From: Bugula neritina
Taxonomy: Eukaryota > Animalia > Bryozoa
Assembly: GCA_964035545.1 (NCBI GenBank)
Contig: OZ037765.1
Span: 35,302,080 to 35,366,079, forward strand
Direction: 5' to 3'
DNA length: 64,000 nt
Under the pieces are notes generated by a model that had not been told where the DNA came from, made no database searches, and saw only the letters and a list, made by a program, of their open reading frames with translations. Below, piece by piece: positions 34,901 through 64,000 of this stretch (position 1 is the first letter of the stretch; each line of letters starts with the position of its first letter). The translations under genes were made by a program, and so were the position numbers.

Positions 34901-37177
34901 GGGCATTCGGAGATTATTCTACAACACAGATAAAGTGTGACATCACAATATCTTCTCAATAATACTTTGGTTATCTTATATGGCTACGGCTCTACACTAA
35001 CAATTAACACACATTTTATAAACCTTGACAAATATTGATTATGTATTTAGGTTAAAATTTTTCGGCTATTTATATGATTAAAAAAAGTGGCTTTTAGAAT
35101 GAATATACATGTTTAGAAAATCACATAGAGCACCATCTCTCTGCACAATTATGCCGGAACTATGCTAAAGTTTTCTCAGATTAGGAAGTTATAATACACT
35201 AGCTGTTTGATAGTTTGAAACACTGTTCCTATTATATAGGCCAGTTTAACTGACTTAAAACTTTCTATGTGTCTGTTCCATTTTAATTTTATTGTTTAAT
35301 CACAAAAACATTTCAACTATCCAAAGGTTTTACAAGACCAAACAAGTAGATCAAGTGTTTATATAATTAAGATTCAATGATTACTGACTGCAGGTGTTTC
35401 TAATGACAAAGAACAGAGGAAGAGCTCTGATAATCAACAACAGAGAATTTTCCAATTGCCAGGAAAGACTTGGCTCTGATGCTGACGTTAGAAATCTTGA
35501 AGAAATGTTAGAAACATTCAAATTTGCCACCAAGGTTTTTGAGGAAATCAGCGCTGAGGTAACAGGATATCTGTAAATTATAGAGACTAAATTGAGTGAT
35601 GATTAAAATGTCGATGGTGAATTTTTCGAAGAGTAGGAGAAAAATCATAGGATGAATTATTTTTGCATATTTTTTACAAGTCAACAGTTTTATGTGACCC
35701 AATTCTAAGATGCATCAAGTTACATAAATTCACTGCATACTTGAAATAATGGTGAACTTAAAGTTAACTGCAGTTCCAACTAGCAGAGAGAATTAAATAT
35801 GTTTATAGGACATGTTGCATGTGATAAAGAATGAGGTTGAAAACAGACATCATGCTGAGTCTGGAGTATTCTGGTTGGCTATTCTAAGTCATGGAACTGA
35901 GGCTAATCACATCTATGGCTCTGATGGTGTTCTGGTTAACCTAAAGGATGTCTATGATCTTCTTTCACCAATAAACTTTCCTCTAATGGCTGAGAAGCCA
36001 AAGATAGTCGTGATTCAGGCCTGTAGTGGAAGTGAGTATCACATAATATCTATATAACTATTTGCCTCTATAGAACCTTATTACTACAATGAGCTCATCT
36101 GAAGACTTTTGGGTAAATCAGAAAAGTGTAACTATATTCAGTACTGTTCATCTCCAATACGTTTGCTAGATAGAGTAGATGGAGGCGGGAAAGGAATATT
36201 TCCAGCCAATCAGAATGATAATACAGTTACTGACCAACATTTGGTAGTCAAAGCTGTCAGATCAGCAGCTGGAGAACCTTTGGGAGGAGACAGATTAGAG
36301 AAACTCAACTGTGACAATCTGTTAATATTAAAGTCCAGCTTTGAATGTAAGTAAATAGCATATTCTTTCTCTAAACATGACAAAATTAGTTCTGCATATA
36401 ACAATAAGCAAATAATTTATTTGTACAGTTTTCTAAAAAAGAAATGAATCCAGACTCTACCAGATTCAGGGAATTTAGAAAATGAATAGAATATTTGAAA
36501 GTGGAAGAATCAAATAATATTATGACTTTACAAAATATTGGCAGTCTCGAAATTACTTTGTCTTTTAGTCCCGCATTTAGTTCATAGCCAAATAATAGCT
36601 ACATAACATTTTATGCTGAAAAGACATTTTCCCTACATTTCCTAATATTATATTTTTAAGATTTGTGTTGCAGCATATGTGTCTAGACGTCACCCTGTTT
36701 ATGGATCTCTAGCAATTAGATGTCTGGTCCAAACTATGTACAGGCACGCATGCCACAGACATGTCTATAAAATATTTAGGATTGTAAGTATATATATCAG
36801 AGAAAAACAGCATGTATTGGTATTTGCATATGTGAACATACATCCGATAAACTTAATTTAATTGCTTGGCTGTCACCAATTCTTATGTTTATCTGCAGGT
36901 ACAGCACAGGGTGAGAGAGTTTTGCATTCAGAGAAACCTTGAGAATGGTCAGACAGTCATTGCTATAAATACTCTGACACACATGAGAAAACTCTACCTG
37001 TTTCCTGGATACAATGGCTTTACAAGGAACTCTGAACGATCAAGTAACATGAGACAACAAGTAGAGAGAGAAGTAGAATCAAGTAGCCTCAAGCAACCAG
37101 CAGAAAGAGAAGCAGAGGCAAGTAGCAACACACAACAGCTTGTAGAGAGAGGACCAGAAACAAAAGTTAAACAGTAA
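19807..37177 (+). CDS. LRR-ROC-COR-caspase fusion protein (ROCO family with C-terminal caspase). 14 visible coding exons; 5' end uncertain
   Basis: Exons 19807-19947, 20927-21067, 29422-29562, 29969-30109, 30622-30762, 31000-31140, 32323-34244, 34519-34617, 34723-34934, 35394-35558, 35809-36031, 36170-36346, 36674-36783, 36899-37177. All are AG/GT-bounded with matching phases. 4032 nt from ATG 19808 to TAA 37177 = 1343 aa, with no internal stop by my reading. Confidence 0.88.
20927..21067 (+). CDS. LRR cassette exon 2
   Basis: tgtag|C ATG ... AG|gttagt; MSNLENLETLDMSWNNFSEGLPDVVTSMKPLSLLLMSHCNLLTLPE. Confidence 0.9.
21349..21653 (+). repeat. 5' LTR
   Basis: TGTGGTGG...CATAACA, 305 bp; AATAAA at 21601. 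Confidence 0.95.
21655..21672 (+). promoter_or_regulatory. Primer-binding site, tRNA-Leu type
   Basis: TGGTGGCAGCGCTGGGAT, 1 nt after the LTR. One mismatch to the complement of the tRNA-Leu(AAG/TAG) 3' end (TGGTGGCAGCGGTGGGAT). Confidence 0.8.
21685..22637 (+). CDS. gag: Gypsy gag; CCHC knuckle lies in the -1 frame after an A8 run
   Basis: ORF 21685-22470 has capsid-like motifs (PTFTG...EQFIQEF...W). The -1 frame after the A-run at 22455-22462 encodes CWECGNQGHFRRYC and ends at TGA 22635-22637. Confidence 0.8.
22529..26558 (+). pseudogene. pol: Gypsy pol (protease, RT, RNase H, integrase), disrupted
   Basis: Protease LIDSGS; RT YLDD and LPFGL; RNase H DTDAS...KELLA; integrase HHCC and D..D..E (VDLVGP, HSDQG, VERNNR) with GPY. 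Frame breaks near 23405 and 25345; in-frame stops TAG 23536 and TGA 25575. Confidence 0.93.
27421..28242 (+). CDS. Extra ORF3 of the Gypsy element: C2H2 plus C2HC zinc fingers, R/S/P-rich linker, coiled coil
   Basis: CQIC-x12-HVNAH and CPC-x12-H-x4-C; RRTRSPSPPLRRRRTPSP; heptad-like C-terminus. The ORF has no ATG start; there is a candidate acceptor ttttcag at 27448-27454. Confidence 0.7.
   Translation: MYCINTVETFSDYTRPATTRVRDRTLPAPHPEEYASGDRPEPLRRRWRWVSPQTEEEIETAWGSRGRTRCQICGEDCASHRSLKLHVNAHLLLTFCPCGYNDVYLYPVTRHRATGCFPGENYVVDAKLYPEFLTLIRPLVKKAMLLAVLSSGFQRVLDNARQQSPLVSDRPQITYTPEEITYTEEGEISPTPTKRRTRSPSPPLRRRRTPSPDPVRLATAEERLLRLQEEFTQLAPDLLNTTTGLFQLKGSVCRMKRKLRTCQAKHRRAQQGL
28521..28531 (+). 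promoter_or_regulatory. Polypurine tract
   Basis: GGTGGGGGCGG directly before the 3' LTR. Confidence 0.7.
28532..28836 (+). repeat. 3' LTR
   Basis: 305 bp; 302/305 identical to the 5' LTR by eye. Confidence 0.95.
29422..29562 (+). CDS. LRR cassette exon 3
   Basis: MSNLKNLETLDVSENNFSKGLPNVITSMTSLRELNITECELPTLRE; same splice sites and phase. Confidence 0.9.
29969..30109 (+). CDS. LRR cassette exon 4
   Basis: MSNLKNLETLYMSVNNFNEGLPDLVTSMTSLRKLDIRNCKLPTLPE; same splice sites and phase. Confidence 0.9.
30622..30762 (+). CDS. LRR cassette exon 5 (absent from the ORF track)
   Basis: tatag|A ATG ... GAT AG|gttagt; MSNLKNLETLDMSKNNFSKGLPDVVTSMTSLRELNISHCNLPTLPD. Confidence 0.9.
31000..31140 (+). 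CDS. LRR cassette exon 6
   Basis: MSNLKNLKTLDMSGNNFSEGLPDVVTSMASLRELNIETCELPTLPE; same splice sites and phase. Confidence 0.9.
31439..31517 (+). pseudogene. Truncated seventh LRR cassette (pseudo-exon)
   Basis: Intact acceptor tacag|C ATG, then MSNLKNLDTLNMSGNNFSE. Homology then breaks, giving CEGCRM* (TAG 31515-31517). Confidence 0.8.
32323..34244 (+). CDS. Large exon: terminal LRRs, LRR cap, ROC GTPase and COR
   Basis: ttgcag|T TTG (phase 2, compatible with the cassettes). LRRs LENLEDLYIQNNNF and LKKLQVIQVDGC; cap PPYEVC..G..AIRQY; P-loop VIGNTMAGKTSL; G3 DLGGQ..Y; G4 VFTHKD; COR motifs PKLW, YMHDCGKVLWY, FIVPF; late CTHC. Donor T|gtaagt. Confidence 0.93.
34519..34934 (+). CDS. Two linker exons (34519-34617, 34723-34934): basic helix then acidic linker
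   Basis: CKPFTKSKLKELKAMLKKLKMQQKHWKKETDES / ETSKPTLTISIAPLLRPAVQQTVTDGESDLSDDDDYMEPADDPDRQLVSLRQAVLPTTRKGIRRLFYNTDK. Phases 1-1 and 1-0 bridge COR to the caspase in frame. Confidence 0.75.
35394..37177 (+). CDS. Caspase (peptidase C14A) domain, five exons
   Basis: RGRALIINNREF...ERLGSDADVRNL; catalytic His in ILSHG; KPKIVVIQACSG (catalytic Cys); small subunit YVSRRHPVYGS...NTL...KLYLFPG. Confidence 0.93.
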
Positions 37178-37731
37178 TCCAGAAAAGAGTGGGGATAGCA
37201 AGTGAGCAAGCAAAATACAAAAGGTTTGAGTGATGCTAAGTTTCACAGATTAAATTACATGCTTCAGTTAACTTCTTTACCCATGCAAGAATTTTGAGTG
37301 GTTACATACAATATTATTGTTATTGTTTCTTCTACTCTTTAAAGGTTAATTGAAATATTAGTCAACCTGATTTTTTATTTCTCAAATTACGTGTAATGTA
37401 TTATGCGTATGTATTATTTAAATATTGTAATATTTTAATTTGAGCAACTCAAATTGGCGTTAATTTGGGATTTTACTTGACACAATCTGATCACATGGTT
37501 TGATGTCACTGTTAACTGAAGAATAGAAGATGCTTGTTACACACCGTTATATAATGCTAAGCTTATACATACATCACTAGCAAATGTAATAATTTAACCG
37601 TTATAGTTTACCAAGACTTTATGCTATGTAATGACAATATTTATCATTCTTTGAGCTAATAATATAATATTATTATGTGTGTAGTTCATCAACCTTAGTT
37701 TTTGCACTAATTCAAATGCACTTGTGATTAC

Positions 37732-37747
37732 AATAAAGGCAAATAAA
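37732..37747 (+). promoter_or_regulatory. Candidate polyadenylation signals of the ROCO-caspase gene
   Basis: Two AATAAA (37732, 37742) about 550 nt after the stop. The AT-rich context makes chance occurrence likely. Confidence 0.35.
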
Positions 37748-37998
37748 AATTATTATTAGTATGAAGAGTTTTCTAATTTTTAGTTGGTTGATCCCTACAT
37801 GCAGCATAGATAAAATGGAAATTATGCCATGACAAAATAATAACCTAAATATTAAAAAAATAGTGAAGCACCAATATATTTTAATAAAACGTAATTTATG
37901 AAGTTGTGACAATATATAAAATGATCAATTTCTTGTGATGTGATTGGGCCATGGCATTCAATTATTGGAAACAGCTCCATGCATTCAAATAAAGGTGA

Positions 37999-38149
37999 GT
38001 GTGCGGTGTGTGTGTGTTCGTGGTGTGTGTGTGTGCGTGTGTGTGTGTGTGTGTGTGGTGTGTGTGTGGTGTGTGTGTGTGTGCGTGTGTATGCGTGGTG
38101 TGTGTATGTGTGTCTGTGTGTGTGTGCGTGTGTGTTGTGTATGTGCGTG

Positions 38150-38187
<38 letters not shown>

Positions 38188-38442
38188 TGCGTGTTTGTGC
38201 GTGTGTGTGTGTGTGTGTACGTGTGTGTGCGTGGTGTGTGTGTGTGTGTGCGTGTGTGTGTGTGTGTGCGTGTGTGTGTGCGTGTATGTGTGTGTGCGTA
38301 GTGTGTGTGTGGTGTGTGTGTGTGGTGTGCGCGTGTGTGTGTGTACGTGTGTGTGTATGTGGGTGTGTGTGTGTGTGTGTGGGTGTGCGTGTGTGTGTGC
38401 GTGTGTGTGTGCGTGCGTGCGTGCGTGCATGCGTGCGTGCGT

Positions 38443-38475
<33 letters not shown>

Positions 38476-38518
38476 CGTAGTGTGTGTGTGGTGTGTGTGT
38501 GGGTGCGTAGTGTGCGTG
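37999..38518. repeat. Compound (GT)n/(GCGT)n microsatellite
   Basis: Directly visible; explains the C/V- and H/T-rich ORFs. Confidence 0.95.
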
Positions 38519-39359
38519 AATTTGAAGACGATGATCACTTCATGAGGTTGAGAGTGTTATATATATTACTAGTTGCTGCAGTTCCTCTAAGTAGAATTGG
38601 ATGTTCGCTGAGCTAGTGTTGAAAATGGATACTATGGTAAACAGGTAAAGTGAAACTACCAGGATAAAGGAGCATTAAGGCTTCAGCATTTTTTCACCTT
38701 TTATACACTATGAGAGTGAAACTTTAATAGAGAATCTTTTTTATTAAAAACGATTTTTATGCTCATAATGGCTTTCAACATCTGTTCACTCTTGCAGTTT
38801 GTATTAAATGGAATTATTAATATAATTATGTTAAACACTGACAGTTATCTGCTCTGCTCTGGGAATGTAATACAAGATAAGATAACTTCTCTTTGACTGT
38901 TGAAATTTCCAAAATCTTTTAACCAAGTATACAGCTGTAGTAAACGTTGCTTAGAGTTTTCATTATGTTTATTTTTTGACTTAAAGAACTCTTTGGTGTT
39001 ATATTGAGGGACAATCGGTTACCCCTGTTGCTGTGTATTGCTGGTTTAATACAAAGAACCAAGACTACAATCCTGTAGCTATTTGCAGACAAGCTGCTAC
39101 CTATAACAGTATATGCTTCTGTCATTATGGATACAATAAAGGTGACATGTTTCACTGAGCTGATTCTAGGTATGATCTAAACACACAAACAACTATTTCC
39201 AATAATACTGAGATACATGTTCTGTAGAACAATATATAATGCAGGATTTTGTCTCTTCTCACAAAGTGCTTAGCTTAGTTTGTTTTGTGTTTTAATGCAG
39301 CTTCAGAATGTGAGTTGTATGTTTATCAGCAGAGATTTATATGTTAATATCTTAGTTGT

Positions 39360-39662
39360 TATAGTGTAAGTATACAGTGTAAGCATCTAGTGTAAGTATA
39401 CAGTGTAAGTATCTAGTGTTAGTATATAGTGTAAGTATACAGTGTATATAGTGTAAGTATAGAGTGTAAGTATATAGTGTAAGTATAAAGTGTAAGTATA
39501 TAGTGTAAGTATACTGTGTAAGTATAGAGTGTAAGTATATAGTGTAAGTAAGACTGTAAGTATACTGTGTAGGTATAATATAGTGTAAGTGAGACTGTAA
39601 GTACAGAGTGTAAGTATATAGTGTAAGTCAAAGTGTGAGTCAGATTGTAAGTGTATATAGTG
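39360..39662. repeat. 13-bp minisatellite (AGTGTAAGTATAT)
   Basis: About 22 degenerate tandem copies. Confidence 0.85.
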
Positions 39663-40004
39663 TGGATTCAGAGCATAATTCCAGTGCTCTGCCAACACCA
39701 CTGAATATTCATACTGGTTGAGAGAATGCTGTTCACTATAGAGTAGGATATTTACTGTAAGACACGCTCATTATTCATTATCTAATAGTTATATTATACA
39801 GACTTTTACTGTTTATTCCCAGCCTCCATCTTATCACCTACTACTACACTCAGTTTACTCTCAGTTTAACTGAATTTATCTCCACAGTAACTGGTTAACA
39901 ATAATTATTCTTATCTAATCATGTGATTAGCTGTATCAGAGAGCTACATTGTCTCTGTACTAAAGAATAGGGAACCACAATACCAAATGTTGATCAGTTG
40001 TTTA

Positions 40005-40932
40005 TCTACAGTGTGTTATAGTATTGTAATAGATACGTACAGTGTGTTACAGTATTGTAATATATACGTATAGTGTGTTACAGTATTGTAATATATACGT
40101 ATAGTGTGTTACAGTATTGTAATATATATGTATAGTGTGTTACAGTATTGTAATAGATATGTATAGTGTGTTACAGTATTGTAATATATACGTATAATGT
40201 GTTACAATATTGTAATATATATGTATAGTGTGTTACAGTATTGTAATATATATGTATAGTGTGTTACAGTATTGTAATATATACGTGTAGTGTGTTACAG
40301 TATTGTAATAGATATGTATAGTGTGTTACAGTATTGTAATATATACGTATAGTGTGTTACCGTATTGTAATATATACGTATGGTGTGTTACAGTATTGTG
40401 ATATATATGTATAGTGTGTTACAGTATTGTAATATATACGTATAGTGTGTTACAGTATTGTAATATATACGTATAGTGTGTTTCAGTATTGTAATATATA
40501 TGTATAGTGTGTTACAGTATTGTAATATATACGTATAGTGTGTTACAGTATTGTAATATATACGTATATAGTGTGTTACAGTATTGTAATAGATATGTAT
40601 AGTGTATTACAGTATTGTAATATATATGTATGGTGTGTTACAGTATTGTAATATATACATATAGTGTGTTACAGTATTGTAATAGATACGTATAGTGTGT
40701 TGCAGTATTGTAATATATACGTATAGTGTGTTACAGTATTGTAATAGATACGTATAGTGTGTTACAGTATTGTAATATATACGTATAGTGTGTTACAGTA
40801 CATTGTAATATATATGTATAGTGTGTTACAGTATTGTAATATATACGTATAGTGTGTTGCAGTATTGTAATATATACGTAAAGTGTGTTACAGTATTGTA
40901 ATAGATACGTATAGTGTGTTAAAGTATTGTAA
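40005..40932. repeat. 31-bp minisatellite (AGTGTGTTACAGTATTGTAATATATACGTAT)
   Basis: About 30 tandem copies with no spacers. Confidence 0.95.
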
Positions 40933-41950
40933 AATGAACACTTCGTATTTTTCATGATTTTTATCACTTAATTATTTTCCATGATGAGGAGTTAATATAG
41001 ATATTGAATTGCCATGAAACCGGTTTACTCTTTTAAAATAAGGAACCAGTTAAACTATGACTATAATAATCTAGATATATAGACAGTATACTATGAGTAT
41101 AGTATAGATATATAGACAGTATACTATGAGTATAGTCTAGATATATAGACAGTACAAATATTTTGGCTATATCACAAAAGATATTTTTTCAGACTATGAT
41201 AAATTCCCAGCATATTCTGCTATTCACTCTCATTCATTCAGTCTGTGATGATAAATACGCATCTCTATTGAAACACAACAAGTAATGTAAAATAATTATA
41301 GTATTTTTGTAATGTATATTTTCTTATTATAGCCTGTATATATAATCATATTAGTGTGGGAATTCCTGACTGAGTTGTGTGTATCAATATGGGGAGGCCA
41401 GGCTTCACCCTTCCCTCTCCTCAAGTATCTATTTACTGTTATAAGAAGGCAGATTCAAATCCCTAATACAGCAAAAGTTTGAAAGTGAAATTAGTAGAAA
41501 TAGTGACAAAGCAATTCATTATATTAGACGTGTGTGCATGAGTGAGTTTCAACACCCCTCCCCTATAGTATAACAGGTTGTATAGGATCTTTAGCCTATA
41601 TATTATGGATATAAGGCTATATTTCTGTTCAGTTCTCCTGCTATATGACAGTACAGTGTGTGAGGTATACAGTACTCTAACCTATACTGGGTATAATTAA
41701 ACAAATCAAGGGGAGATAACACACCCATAGCCTAATTACATAGACTAGTGTGCAGGCTCTATTTACAGGGTATTGTCTATAGTTCAACTCTATACTTTCA
41801 CTATTATAATAGATAAGCCAATGTGTCAAAAGATAACATTCACTAAAATCAACAATAAAACAAATGTCTATTGTGTAATTTTCACATAAATTGTAATTAT
41901 ATAATTTCTGTAGTCATTTAGCCAGCTGACTTAGTTACTGAAACATCACA

Positions 41951-63728
<21,778 letters not shown>

Positions 63729-64000
63729 TGGTGCATTTGATCAGTACAACTCCATAGTAGACTGTGGTACGCCTTAGATTGTATTTTGCTGTAGATTGTA
63801 CCATGTTGTAGATTATGCAGTGCAATGCAGCTATTATATTTCATAGACTGCATGGAAAAACTGTGCTGAGCCATTAACTGCAGTATTTTTTATTCAATAT
63901 TTAAATGAATAAGTTTGTGGCAATTTCTATAAAATATTTAAATAATAATTATAGTTCATATCACATGCAGATACACTTTACTAAAACATTTGAAACACTT

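Noticed and set aside
37852-38616. Long Cys/Val- and His/Thr-rich ORFs and the signal-peptide-like MRLRVLYILLVAAVPL
   Set aside because: Translations of a (GT)n microsatellite. The short hydrophobic peptide hits a stop at 38616 before the candidate donor at ~38645; at most a non-coding exon.

Overview
This is AT-rich, intron-containing animal (invertebrate-type) genomic DNA, not prokaryotic; the species cannot be determined from the sequence. 1-19.7 kb is mostly decayed mobile elements (RTE and R4/Dong-like LINE fragments, an Academ-like remnant, CMC-, Sola2- and hAT-type MITEs, microsatellites). The main result is a + strand gene at 19807-37177 that can be spliced by hand, with GT-AG sites and consistent phases, into one ORF of about 1343 aa from the first visible Met. 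It consists of six near-identical 141-nt symmetric LRR cassette exons, one large LRR-ROC(GTPase)-COR exon, an acidic linker and a C-terminal caspase domain with intact catalytic residues (SHG, QACSG). No CARD/DED/DD or kinase is visible. The cassettes differ almost only by amino-acid-changing substitutions, concentrated at solvent-exposed LRR positions, and have mosaic intron flanks plus a broken seventh copy. This suggests a diversifying, single-polypeptide sensor-switch-protease immune receptor (inference). A young but defective 7.5-kb Gypsy LTR element with an extra zinc-finger/coiled-coil ORF lies in the second intron of the LRR array. 41951-63728 holds a signal-peptide gene with about 8 MAM domains and a Thr-rich stalk. 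Many of its introns are filled by intron-specific minisatellites, and it also carries a Tc1 element and a LINE fragment. Exon coordinates were read by eye, with no transcript evidence.
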